Shown here: positions 34,001 to 47,601 of the stretch, piece after piece | Layout: each line of letters opens with the position of its first letter | Position numbering within the stretch: the first letter of the stretch is position 1 | From: Guillardia theta CCMP2712 | Lineage: Eukaryota > Protista > Cryptophyta | Reading direction: 5' to 3' | Length of the DNA stretch: 64,000 bases | NCBI RefSeq assembly: GCF_000315625.1 | Contig: NW_005434624.1 | Coordinates: 40,611 to 104,610 of the forward strand | Position numbers and translations under genes: made by a program | Notes under the pieces: generated by a model | What the model saw: only the letters and a program-made list of their open reading frames with translations | The model's database searches: none | Told to the model about the DNA's origin: nothing

Positions 34001-37000
34001 GGGGGGAACAGACGATGAAATGTAGAGTCCATCCGACCATCTCACAGCATCCAAAACCGCGCACTTCACGTTGTCACAGACCGTACTTCCGAATTGAACT
34101 TGCACTTCACTGATGTCTTGAATGGCTGGCGCCTTGGAGATCCATATGCCCACGGCGTTCTGCTGGTCGGATAGACAGATGGAACAAGCTCCTACGGTGC
34201 CACCCACAGTAGCCGAAGAGGGAACAACATTGACAAACGTTGGAGGATCGTAGATCTCGAAAGACAAAGTTTCATAGCTTGTCTCCCCCAAGTTGTTTGC
34301 TGACAAGATCTTGACCTACGCAAATTAGAATCAGTACTACATCTACGTGAAGAAGTCAAACTCACCTGAACATAGCCAACCTTGAGGCCAAGAGGAACGA
34401 CTGCAGTCACGTTCGAGATTGTACCAGCTTCGTTGTCAGCTATCTTGGTGACGACGGCGTTTATTCCTGAGAAAGTAACCGTGACAGTTGTTGGCTGTAA
34501 GAAAAGATCCCAGAACACCGTGAAAACGACAGAACCCCCGCCGAGCTGGCTTGAATCCACTGGAGTAGGGTGAGCAGGAGTACGGACAACAAGGAAATCG
34601 AATGGCATGGGGTCCATGAATGAATCTATGATATACACTGAAGCATTCAGCAACCTTGAAGGTTGGCCAAAGAGTCGCAAGTTGCCAACATTAAACGTAA
34701 TCACGTCCATGCCCGAACTAGCTGAAGTGGTATGACTGATGGCAGTGACCACTGACTCTCCGAACTGCCCCTGAATTCTCGCAAGACTGTAATCTTTTGT
34801 TTGATCCTTGGGGAAGTAACGGATGTAGACGTTGACGGTGATGACGTCAACAACGTTCCCTACCGAGGGCGACACCAGATCGACTTTGGGCGCATTGAGG
34901 TCTATAAGCTTCACTGCGAATGAAGCACATTTAGCTGTCGGTCCAGATCCTGCACAAACCCTGAAAGTTGTTGAAAGGGCTGATTCTGAGGTAGGCAGTG
35001 TCAAAGAAAACTGTACGTTCGACAAAGGACAACTGGGATCCGCAGAGTCTGTGCTCAAGACGGTTGCCCCTTGCGGTTGTACTGATGTCGTACTAGAGAC
35101 AGTAGGAGCTAAGGTTCCAAGATAGCAGATTGCAGCTTGAAACGAGGTTGTAGTTCCTTTCCTCATCTCCAAGGGATAGATTGACCTTGCAACAGGTTCT
35201 GGGTAGACAGACAGAGTGAAAGGAAACCTTCCAGCCCTGGTGGTAGGAAAGAGACTGTAGCCAACCGATATATTGTAATTTCCCGCTTGTGGTACCGCAG
35301 ATACTTGAAATGTGCAGAGAGTGGAGGTTGCGTCGGACTTGATAATCGATGTGGCGGTTATCAGTGAGTTTGCTACACCATCAATTGATAAGTACAACTT
35401 GCTAAGTGCGTCTTGACTGGTCAAAGGAGCAGGAACGACAGGAATGTTGCCAATTTCAACCTTGAACGACAAGCTCTGCTCGTTGGTGAAGGCTTGCTTC
35501 GGGCTGGCAAACAAGATGAGAGCAGGCCCGCTGGAAAAAACCAATAAAGTCAAAAAATCAGAAACGAAACATCAGCCATACCTCAAAGGAGTCTTGTACA
35601 AGAATGAAAAGGAAGTGGACTTCGTCAGTCTGCCATAAGCAAAGGAGAGCTGAACATCGGTAGAAGTGGCTCCCATGGGCGCCTGAGGCATCGTGAAGTT
35701 CATCTCAACATTCGAATTCAAGCCATCACTGGTCAGGTACTTGAACCCAACGATCTTGGCGTAAGAAGGAAACGATGCTGACCCAACCATAATTGTGACA
35801 TCTTGCTGTGACAGAGCAGGAAATCCAAATAGAATCGCACGCACACTCGTGCCGCCACTCGTGAGCCCTGTAGTAGGCTCGACAACGGACAGGAATGGTG
35901 TGGGAACTTGAGATCGATCCAGACAGAATTGAAGGTTGCAAGTAGCAGAGTCCGCTAGTGCTTGGATTTTGAGCAAGTCAGGGAACTTGGAACCGCAAGC
36001 TTCATCGTAGTCGCAAGGGGCCTGGAATTCGAAATCAAAATCAACAATCTTCACCGAGTTTTGGTAGACACTGGCCACAATGCTCCAGAAGATTGAAACA
36101 GCTGGAACTGTGACAGAGATTTTGGCCAAGGCGATTGAACTAGCAGAGGTTATGTCAGCACCGTCTGCTGACCAAATGTCGGTATTTTGCACTTGCACTA
36201 CAGTTCCACCAAAGTTGACAGTGACTGGAAGGTTGTAATTGAATGGTTTGAAATTGCTGATTGTGAGAATAATGTTGGAACCACCCGTGTTGAGCGAAGT
36301 CGATTTCGAAATTGAAACCAGTCTAGGAACCGTACAGTCAATCACTCGGAACGCAGCAGTTGCGGTCAAAGAGCCACTCGTGACAACAATATTGTCACTG
36401 GAAATAACCTTAATAGCCTCGGTGATTGTCACTTGTAGAATTGTTAACAATGTTGTGTTATCATACTTCGTGACAACAAAGGGAAGGTTCTTTGTGTAGA
36501 ACACACTGCTGACTGCATTCGGGTCAAGATTCTTCACGTAGACATATTGGACAACATTAGTGCAGGTCGTGCAAGCACAAATCTCAGTGGGAGTTGGAGT
36601 TACAATCTGCAATGCAACGGGATTGACAGCAAGTACGCTGAAACCAACTGCCCCGGCAGTTCCAAGTCGTCTTGGATACATCGTGCCTGAAACATTTCCA
36701 GCAGAAGGCAAGGGAGGCACAACGAATGACACAATGGTCTCACTACAGACACTTGAGACCAAAGAAATATTTTGGGCTGGTGTGGATCCGAGATATACCA
36801 AAATCTCTGAAGAGACTGTCACAACAGGAAAGTTCGATATAACGATGTTGATTGTTTGTCCGCCCGTCGTCTGCACTTGAGTGCTTGAAATAGATTTCAG
36901 GAAGACTGAAGCTGTCAAGTAGTTGAACAAAAACTCGACATACTTGCGAGGGAATTGGAATGGTGTCAATTTGACATAATAAACTCCTTGAGAAACTGCA

Positions 37001-40000
37001 GGTGACAAGTATTGCAAGTCAGTCTGCGATGAATACGAAGAAACCAACTGCACATTGTCACTCAGGACAAAAATGGAGTCGCCGATGTTGATGAGAACGT
37101 CCTGCTTCTGATTCAAGACTGGAAAGAGAGAAATCTGCACGGTCACGACGAAACCTCCGCAAATCGTCCCCGAAGTTGGCAGTGCCTTCAAAATTGAAGG
37201 AAGCAACTCGTCATAGTATGTCACGGTGTACGATGCCGTCAGACCGGAAGGAAAAGTGATTTCGCCAGTAGCAGTGTCATATTGATTGGAGCTAGGAATC
37301 AACAGTCTCACAGTGGCCTGTCCGGTATTGAAGTCTCCTGAAAAGTCCAGGACAGGCACTTCTACACCCATCAGAGTAGCAGAAACTGAGCTGAAGGTCT
37401 GGAAGATTTGTTCAATCGTCACAGTGACCGGAGTTGTTGAGTATTTCTTGACGAATGCACCGGATAGATCGCCAACAACCGACGAGACACGCGGGGCGGA
37501 AGCGTCGATGTACTGGAACCCGTTGGATCCTGATGCAAGAGCGTACCTGTTTGGAAAGTCCCTGTGTGCAAGAAACACTGTCGCATATCCAGCAACAATT
37601 TCTGGCACGCAACAAGGGGTACGAAGCCTGATCTTATAACCTTGGATCAGAGACTTGTCAAGAGTTGGATTCACTTGCGAATACGAGATCAGCTGGCACG
37701 AGAGCTCAGTGATAGTCGCGATAATGTCACTCAGTCCATTCTCAATTGCAGCAAACTGATTAATTGTCACTTCGATTTCTGTTTCCGTATTTGTAAATCC
37801 TTGAGCTGGTTTCAGAGATGTGATGTCTGGATTCGGAGCCTTGACGTAGGAAAAGGAAGAAGGGAACTCAATTACATCCCCAGTTATGTTAATCTTCAGG
37901 GTTGGCTTAACAGTAGAAGGATCCAGTACTGTTGGAATGCGAAGCTTGATTTGACCTGTATACTTATTTGCAGTACTCGACTGAGTGAATGTCGCAGAAG
38001 TGGCTGTTGTCATTGTATTGCCGAAATAGATCAAAAAAACACTTGCAGACTGAGATGTGATCGAGCTTGGCAAGTTCTGTACAGTTACTTTCATTGAAAC
38101 TTTGCCATCTGTAAAGTATGACGTGGGATCAAACGATGAAATGTACATTTTATCATTTGGTAAGATTTGTACAGTGAAGGTAACAGACTTCACAGCCAAA
38201 AGAGTGCCATCATTCTTGTATGAGATTACAAATGAAACGTCAAACGACTGGTTGTAGGGGATTGTTGGAGCTGTTAACAGGATATCGAAGTCAGTAAGTT
38301 TGGTCGTCGATTGGAGCACCTGCTGGATTGTTGCTGTCAGTCCAGGAACATCCATGGAGGAAACCGTCTTCACGATATCAAAATCGTTTGCTGTGAGCCC
38401 TGCCGTGCCAACATTCGAGAGAGACACCATAACTACTTTCGTATCTTGAGTGGTTGCAAAGACAACCTGCGGCGGATCAACGAAATTGAGGGTGGTCCTT
38501 AAAGTGTTTGTGACGGAAAAGCTTGCTGAGCCAACCTGTGACTCCCTTCCAATAGCATATACTGAGATGGTAACTTGGGTCGGACTTGTTGCCGAGACAT
38601 CAGGCGTCAAGAATGAAACGATTGTAGTTTCAAAACTGGAAGAGACTGTCAGCTGCGATGAACTCAATACAACGCTCCCAAAGGAAACTTTCAAGTCACT
38701 TGCACCCGAAATTCTCCTGAAGTTTGTCAAGAGGCATGTCACTGGAACATTTCCTGTGTCTTTCCCTTGAGAGGGTTGAACCGTCATGACTGGATCACCT
38801 GTTGGAATTGCGACATACTGAATGTTAAAACTGATCGCATCGGCCAGACGGACTATGCTCAATGAAACAACGGCAGAACCCGGAGCAAACGGTGGAGCTT
38901 GAAAGGTGACAGTGGAAAGCTGCAGGTTGCTATCATAAGATATGCTGTATGTCTGGACTATCGTTGAAGTCGAGGTAGCAGAGGATGAGGATTGAATTTG
39001 AATAGTCAAGTCAGATTTAACGACAGTCGCGTCACCGAAGTTGAGGATAGTGACAGTGATGGAATCTAAACCGTCAGTGTACACGTTTTCTGTTGTCTGA
39101 CTCTGAATAGCAGGAGGATTTGGATCAACAACAGTGAATGCAAATGAAGCAACCAATGATGGAAGAACGATGTTCGAAATATTGATCGTTCGCAACCCAG
39201 GCAGGATGTTTGGCACCGTCAAAGACTGTTGAAATATGTCAGTGATCATCAGCAACTTTACAGCTTATGTACCATCTTTGTTGAAGTGGAATCACTTTTC
39301 AGCAGAGTCAAGTCTGACGTTGGCAGTTGTTGAGCGCTCATTGTCACATTCAGCTCTGTGACCGAGTACACCAATTGAAAGTTCTTGAGAGTAACTTGAA
39401 CTTTGGTATATGGCAGACCTCTTACCGGGATGAAATCAGCTTGCACGTCACCTGTAGGATCAGGAAGATATTGTAATGTTTTGTACAAGTTGTAGGAAGG
39501 TTGTCCCAGGTTGATTGTGACGTCAAATAACCCTGTTGTCGTTGCTGAGCGACTTCGGAAGAAGAGAATCGCACTTCCCATCTGGAGTTGGGAAAGTTGC
39601 GCAATAGTACTGTTGAAACAATGTCACTCCTTCTTGCTCTACACAGTAAAAATCAAATTGTACCTGTTGATTACTGTGACGTCTTCTTGACTTGCTCCGC
39701 TAAGAAAGTTGGAAATAAAATCGGTTCCTAAGAATTGTTCTTGCAGATTTGGGACTAGCCAATCTGAGTACTTCAAGAAACTGACTTTGTTGTCGTCAAC
39801 TTTCGTGTTGCCTATATTGACTGTAATGGAAATGCTGCCCTCAGGGATCGTGAATCCACATACTATCATTGCACCCCCTTGCAAGCGACTCACAGTCGGA
39901 CTCATACTGATGAGAAATGGCTTTGCATAATCAACGAAATTCAACTTCAAGGTGCTGGTGACCGATGATTGCTGATTCTGGTAAATGCTGTTGAAAGCTG

Positions 40001-43000
40001 TCACAGTAATGCTGTACGATCCGGCATCCAAGGTAGTAGGAGTGGAAATTTGAATTTCCACTTGACAGCTGAAGAGGTCTGTGCACTCCGTATACGAAAT
40101 TACTGTTGCAAGCTCTTGGCCGACAGTGACCTGAAAGCTTCCAGTCTGGGTGGGAAGATTTGATACGCGAAACTTGACGATCGTCGACTTGGTGATGTCG
40201 ATGCCAATGCTCGCTGCTGTCTGATTTAGAACTTGAATGAAATTATCGGGAAGTTGCAGCTGAGGAACACTGGACAGTCAAAGTCAGGGAAACAACCAAT
40301 CTCTATCAGAAGAAGATTTACCTCAAGTAGCGGAAACCGTTAGCTAACTCCAATGTTGATGGTACGCTTCCAGTCTGGTAGTTGATAACCAGTTTGACAA
40401 CGACATACCCAGCAGAGCTTGACGAAGGAGTATTGCCTGCGACTGTCAATTTGTCTGAGTTTTGTGAGAATGAAACCGCAAGGCATTCCACGTTGTTCAA
40501 GTACATCTGGACCGAGCTGACAGTTTCCAGCAATCCAATGGCAAGCACCGAAATAGCTGTACCTCCGCTGCTCAACCCGTACCCGGGAACCACGCTGGCG
40601 ATGTACTGTTTTCTGAAGTTGAAGATCGGATCTGTCGTCAAAGGAAGCCGAGAACCCTGCAGGTAGAAACTGATTATAGCGACTCCTTGAGTAGCCAACA
40701 AAGGTGTTCTTGCTGTAATCCTTAGAGTACCCTCGACGTCAGGAGTGATATCGGTTACCGTACCCATACTAGAATTGAAATACACCTGGATTCATGTCAT
40801 CTCAAAACGTTTACGATTGACCGATACCTGCAATGTACTTGAAGTTGCTTGGAAGAAGTTCAGCAGACCTGCCTTGTATCGAGTTTCACCATCACGAGGC
40901 TCCAAAATCGTAAAAGTGATCGTATTAATCTTGTCATTTGAACCTGAGACGGGGTACGAGTACTGTACACTGGCAGCCTGTTTCATCAAATGTCAGCTTC
41001 AGCCGCATAAGAATATGTAATCTTTCCTGATACTGAAAAAAGGAGAGTGAGAAGGAAACGATTTTGGTTGGTGAGCCATAGTTTGACCTGATCTCCGCAA
41101 TTGCTTGACCCTGTTGATACATGGGATAGTATCTGTTCGAAGCGATGGGAAATAGGGGAGGATCAAAAATAAATTGTGTCGTAATATCAACAGCTTCTGG
41201 GTCACTCAGAAATGCAGTTGATGTTCTTACAGTCCTTGATGATACAAAGAGCTGAGAAATTACGGACCTTGACCCAAGAGTGACATTTATGGGAAGATAG
41301 GTTGTGGAGGGTGCGAGTGGCAAGTTCTCAACCGTTATTGCAATGTTGTTTTGTACGTTTCCATCGATCCAGACATAACTCTGACCATCCCACTGAGCAA
41401 CACGCAGGGGAAACTTTTGATCAGCAGGGTATGAGATATACGCTCTTAGTTTCCACGCCTTCCTCACGAAACTTTTCAAATCCATAAATCCAATTCCAGC
41501 AGAATTTTGAGCTTGAACAAGAATGTAATACACTGTTCCCTCAAGCAGCGTGTTCAGCTCTGGGATCTTGTATGTGCATAAACCATTGCAGTCAGGTGAT
41601 TTAGAAAATTGCTGGACTGTGCATGTGCTGCCAGAATTTACCTCCGGACAAGTCGAAAGTTTGATACTGTAATCAAGCAAAATGTTTTCGAACACACCTA
41701 GCCCATATCCATAGTCTGATGGAGCATTCCAGCTAATCAAAAACCCATCGCTTGCAGCTGTTACACTCATGTCTCTCACAGGCCCTGGTTTGCTCATGGC
41801 TCTTACACTCGCAAATTCACTGAAGGGTCCTTCATCGATGTCATTGATCGCCAATAGTCTTCCCCTGACACTCTGACCTGCCATGATTGGCTCTGGAAGG
41901 GTGCCTAAAAGCTTATCGGCCCTCGAGTTGCATTCACAGATATGTGCAGCATTCCATATAACGATGGGGAAGATGTCTCCATCTGTGCAATTAACCCAAC
42001 CTGGTGCTATGTATGGGACTGACCATTGCCCATCCGCACCGTAGCGCACTACTCCCTCACAGTAGCAGATTTGACCTTGATTGGCACATTTCGTGAACGT
42101 TCCCCCAACAGCAGTGTTGAAATCGTACGACACAATGCTCTCTGCAGTCGTGATATTGTTTCCATAGTACACCGACGGGTTTGCAAAAATTTGCAACAAA
42201 TATGCTTTTAAACTCTTTTGCGACGTAGTATCTCCTGTATCACTTGGCCGACTCCAGGTCATTCGCACAGTAAGACTGTTTCTGTTCGAGATGGCTGGAG
42301 TAGGAGGCTGTCCTGGTGGACCAGTGAATCGAGTTGCATTGACTCGCGGAGAAGAACCCTTTCCTGCCAAGTTGATTGCCCAAACACTGACTCTGTAAAT
42401 TGTACCTTTGACCAAACTCCCTTGGAACACGAAACCCTTTGTTCTCGCGGAGATGTTCTTGTGATATAAAGATTGTGTACAAGACATTAAATTGTAATCT
42501 ATGCTTCCGCTCTGTTGCACAACAACGCCCGAGCAGCTTCCCTCTATCAGAACTTCATACTGTACAACATAGTTCCTCGACCCGCTGATTGCCCATTGTT
42601 GAGCTTGTTCAGAATCTTGCCATGCAATGCCCATACTTCGCGAAGGTAAAGATTGCAACGACACATATTCAGGTGGACCCGGTACGACTGGTGATTCTGC
42701 GTTTCCGATAATGCCGCATTCTTCAAGGCTGCATTGCTCTTTCTGACAGATCTCTCGGTTCAATTTCAAATAGCTTGGTTTTGTACAGCCTGAACTTGTC
42801 AGGCAAGTGTAGTAATTTCGAAGGCAAAAACCTGCACACACAAATGAATTTGTGCCCTGGTTTTGCAAAACTATGCCCTGAGACACAGCTTCTGCTCGGA
42901 TACCCTCGCATTCTGCGTACTGAGCAGAACATATCTCAGACTTGCGTTGGCAGAAATACTCATTATCTTGAAGTCCGCACGACGCTGCGTCACAACCTTC

Positions 43001-45726
43001 GTAGGCACAAAGCTGGGCATAAGACTGCATGCTACTCGTGTCGGCACATCCTCCAGTCTCCACGCATTCAACGTATGATTTGGAGCAAGCACAATTCACT
43101 TTGAGATAACACATGCCCGTTGCCTCATTATAAATGCACCCTGGCAAGCCTCCAGCCCACGGATTATTGCAAACATCTCTACCTCGCTGTCCCATGTCCA
43201 GTTTTGTCAAATAATGGCTGTAACAGACATCGTTGGAGAAGTCTATCGTGCTTTCAAGACAGGATCGCAATTTGCCGACACACTTGAACCCAGTTTGATT
43301 GCAACTTGTGTAGGTAGATGGTAATCCACATTCAAGTGCGGTGCAACCAAAATCAGCACACAATTGAGCATGCTTCTGAATCCATGTTGCATCGCTTACA
43401 CAACCCGCAGTGTTCAAACATTCATATTGATTCTTGGCACAATCGCATTTGTTTGCTCCTGAGAATTCGCATTGGATGTACTGGTTGTTGCATTGCGCCG
43501 CTAAGTAACTGCATTTCCTTCCACATACACCACATTCATCGGGGGTGCAACCATTAGTCATGCAAATATCAGACATCTCCTGCAAAAAGCTGTTGGAGAA
43601 TTCACAACCATAGTGATCAAGACATTGAATCAATTCACTAGTGCAGGTACAATCTCCTTTCATTCTGCGGCATTCCAAATATTTTTGACCACATGTGAGC
43701 TTTACCAGTGAACTACAAAAGACATTCTTCACACCCGGCAAAAACCCGCAGTCACTGTCAGGACAACCATCCAAAACGCAATGTTCGTAGAGGAAGGTAC
43801 GATCAGAATCCTGTAAACAAGTACTATCTTCCAAACAAGAAGAGTATGCACGAGAGCACTCACAACGGTTATGGTCATAGGCAGTATAACCAATCGGTGT
43901 ATCATAAAGGAACGTATCACGCCGCAATCTGAGAACGACAGTCCTAGATTCCGAAGTGCAGCTTTCAAATGAGATGAATGGAAAGTATTCGAGAGCATCG
44001 TTTAGGGTAATGCTGGGTCCCCTTCCGGAAACTGGATCTGAAATAGCGGAGCTAGAAATCCATTGGTTCTCCGTCCCAAACCAAACCTTACCATTGGAAC
44101 CGTCGATAGCTACCCTGATAGTCACGGTATTTGCACCAGTATTGGCGAAATTAGAATACTGGGCTGATGAAACTTGATTGATATTTGCTAGTCTCTTAAT
44201 GAATCCAACCTGGGCACACGGCGGCACGAGGACTTCAAAATATATTCTACCCTGCCAGATTGGCTTCAAAATTGTCACTGAGGAATACAGAGACGGGTTG
44301 ATTGGGATATTGCTTGCAGCAAGTTGATTACCTGGACTTGAAGTGGCCAATTCTACTGTGATATTGCCATAAACATTCTCCGAGCAATGGTAAAAATCCG
44401 ATGCACAACGCATTGAGGTAGTGTTGCAGGACGCGGTGTTAAGGCCGCACTCCTCTGCGGTACAACCTTCCAGCACACACATGCTTTCGGCGGTATAACC
44501 TGAAGCTGACGATGCAACTTTCACGTTACAATTTGCATCTGTCATACATTGCAAAAACGATTTTGTGCATGTGCATGATCCTTGAGATTCTAACATGCAT
44601 GTAGAGAAAGTTTGTGCACACACAATCGCTGTCGTATTGCAGTCGACCGTGCTGAGACCACACTGCACAGCCGTGCAACCACTTGATCGACACACTTCGC
44701 GATGAGCTGACAAATCAGCTGCAGAATTTGCGCACCCCCAGCTCTGCATGCACTGATAGTATTCTCGAGCTCCAGCACACGTGTTGGAGTTTGGTGCACA
44801 ATACATGCGATCAATATCTAAAATATACAACAAACAATTATTGCAGAGCGCCGAGTTGGAGGAGGCGTAATCAAATTTTGTAGGCGGACGCAAAGGATTA
44901 TTGAGACATTCAGTCGTGGATAAGTCACACATTCCCTCCACTTTGGCCAACAGGTGTATGCATATCTGGCTGTTCACGCTGTACATAAATGCTGTGCATC
45001 CCTGGATTTTGTCACACTCCGCCGCACACTGTTCCGGGGTAGGAAAAACATAAAACTTTGAAGCAGCATTTGTGAAACTCCCGTAGAACGTAAAACCAGG
45101 TTGATACCAGTATCCATTTCCCTGCATCAGTGTAAGAATGCAGCACCATCTAAACAGATAAAAAAGATATTGCGTACAGTCTTAGAGTTGTTCACGCATG
45201 TCTGAGTCCGACTTGTGTATGTAGGAATGTATCCTTGTTGAGTCTCGATCTGATTAGTCCACCTGTGAGAATCAAAATGAGACTCAGAAATGTGTGGAGG
45301 GGCGAGAGGATCAACAGCTGGAAACTACCTTTGGGCACATTGCTTTGCAGCATCGATGCAGGTCAGTGTAGAGTATCGGCACGATGTGCAGGAGTCGTAT
45401 GCTTGGATGTAGCAACAACCAAAAAGACCTCCGAAGAAAGGGTCTTCACACTGTAATTGGCCGTAGTTGCCTTTTTGTCTGTAGTTCTTGTCGCAGCTGT
45501 CGATGTACGAGATAGAGGAGCTTGCATTGCTAACATTGCTGCTTTTGTTCTGACCATAGTCTACACACCATCCGAGAATAGGTTTGATGACAATATCGTT
45601 CGTCCGGATTTCGTACGAAGATTTATCCTCCGCCACATCGGAGAGTTGCTGTGCACCTTTGGATGCGTAACCTTGGCACAAGTAGCATGCCAAAACAGCA
45701 AACAGAATGAGATGGCGAAATTCCAT
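28013..45726 (-). CDS. Giant (~5,700 aa) single-pass cell-surface receptor: signal peptide, PAN, 10-Cys repeats, SPRY-like, FN3, many IPT/TIG, REJ, GAIN/GPS, Myxococcus-type Cys repeats, TNFR/EGF, ZU5-like, TM, three zinc ribbons
   Basis: A chain of long same-strand ORFs (45325-45783, 40934-45127, 40318-40785, 39639-40061, 39258-39581, 35572-39255, 34192-35553, 28013-34306) is separated by ~50-nt introns. Landmarks: signal MEFRHLILFAVLACYLCQG, GPS CRCNHLTEF, CGD...CDDGN...DGCS repeats, EGF-Ca DIDEC, and TM GVIAAAIIVPIFFIGMLVLAYYA. Confidence 0.85.
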
Positions 45727-46779
45727 CTTCAACGATATAGTTTGACTCCTCGAGCACCTACTGCTTGCACCGTCACGGATCACGAACGGGTTGAGAGCAT
45801 GACAACACTTCGAGCCGGTAGGTACTTCTCAGAGATGCAACTAGAAGATGCGAGCAGGGACAGAGTTGTCGAAGCAGCTCAAGCACATCAACCCACAAGA
45901 AGTAGAATCCTGATCTCCACCCTCTCCCTCAGTTCCTCTCTCTCTCTCGCCGCCATTGTCGCCTCCATATCCCTCTGCCGCCTTCGGCTGTCGACCGTGA
46001 CCCTCTGCGCGGCGTCCTCGAGAACTCACCCAAATGTTTCACACTCCATTCAAATTTGGAGATACCCCTATACCCCTAATTTCAATGTTCTTATTACCCG
46101 TACAAAAAAATATTTTCCGAAAACAATTTATAATTACGGATCAATTTGGGGCCCAGTTCTCATGCAGGCCATCTTGCCCTACGTTGACCCTCGGGTACCC
46201 TCAAAAGTGACATAACCCTACCCTATCTTGAATCTATCCACCCCTTATTTTCTCTTACATACTACCCCTCTCCGTCCATCCTCCACCCACCCCGGACGGC
46301 TCTTTTCAACCTTCGCTCTCCGAACAGTTATCCAACGTTCCTCACAACCACCCACCCGTGGGTTGATCTGATATTTATTTTCCCTACCCCTCACCAAGAG
46401 CAAATTATCCTTACTACCCCCGTCTTCTTCTCAATCTTTTCAATCCACCCCTTCGATTCATACGAAAAATTCCCATTCTACCGGGTCATGGAGGCTACTT
46501 CATCACCCCTACCGTGAGATTTCCCGGATTGGCCACCCCTACCTTGGTAGTTAAATTTTTGTACCCCCACCTCTATTTCCTCGCTGTCTTGTCAAACTCG
46601 TGTGATAACGGATAGTTTTTACTTGTTACCACCCACCCCCCCTCTCCTCAGGCTCGTTGGATAAGGAGTCCGCACTCACTGAGTCACTGAGCCCACCTCG
46701 CCTGCTCCACCCTCCTTCCCTTGCCCCCGTCGTTAGGCTCAGTTACCGGGGTAGGGGTCATGGTGAGGCTTCAGGCTTC

Positions 46780-47580
46780 AAGGTGACTACAGCGCCGGGG
46801 TCCGACCCCTTCCGATTCACATGATTTCAGTCAATTCAGCCTCACAGAGTCACCGTCAAGCCTTTCCAAACCCGACCGTCACGCCCAGTCGGAACTTCAA
46901 GGCTGCGACGGTCGGCCCGCTGAACGGTCTTGCCTGCGGCAGTTGACTCCTGACCAGTGGCGCTGAGACGGTTGAACCGTTTCTCAGCGCCACTGATTAC
47001 GGTACGGTACGGCAGTACCGACCGCCGTCGGTAATCATGATCAGCGCGCCGCGGCCTGCCTCAGTTGACAGTGAACCGGGCGGGCCGACTCTGTCAGTAC
47101 GGTCGGCGGCGGCACCGCGGGCCAGGGGCCGCCCGACTCAGCCTGGCACTGTGGTCGGGCTCGCCGCCTCCGCCCCGGGGACTCGCCGGATCAGTGACTC
47201 CCAGTCCGGCTCACAATGACACTGAGTGACTGAAGTTTATTATTGAAGGCGGCTTGCAGTGCCGCGGCGGTGCCGGCCACTCAGACTGTCACGCCGATGA
47301 TTGAACGGTTGAGGCTCGCACTGATCGCCGCCGACCGGGTGACCGGGTCAAAACTTGTTGTATTCGGATACCCTGAGCTGCCGCAGTGCAAGCCCAGTGG
47401 ATCGGACCGCGCGACTGATGGCCGGGCGGCCCGGGGACTCGGACCGGGCTGACCAGGGTCCGATCACCGGGCCCGGCCCGCCGGGGTGCCGGACTCGACT
47501 CCACCGGGCCAGGCCCGGCCGGCGGACCGGGCCGCCGGGCCTGCCCGGCCGGCGGACTCAGTGGACCGTACTACGGTAGC
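46780..47580. promoter_or_regulatory. CCGG/palindrome-rich intergenic island between divergent genes
   Basis: Same word vocabulary as 15300-16020, with a hairpin at 46955-46995. Confidence 0.45.
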
Positions 47581-47601
47581 ACTGCCAGTTGGAGTAACTT
47601 A

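Noticed and set aside
28013-45726. Calling the giant gene a true PKD1 orthologue, an adhesion GPCR, or a viral/HGT island because of its lower GC
   Set aside because: It has only one TM helix and no PLAT, channel or 7TM region. It has host-type short introns and no mobility or viral genes nearby.
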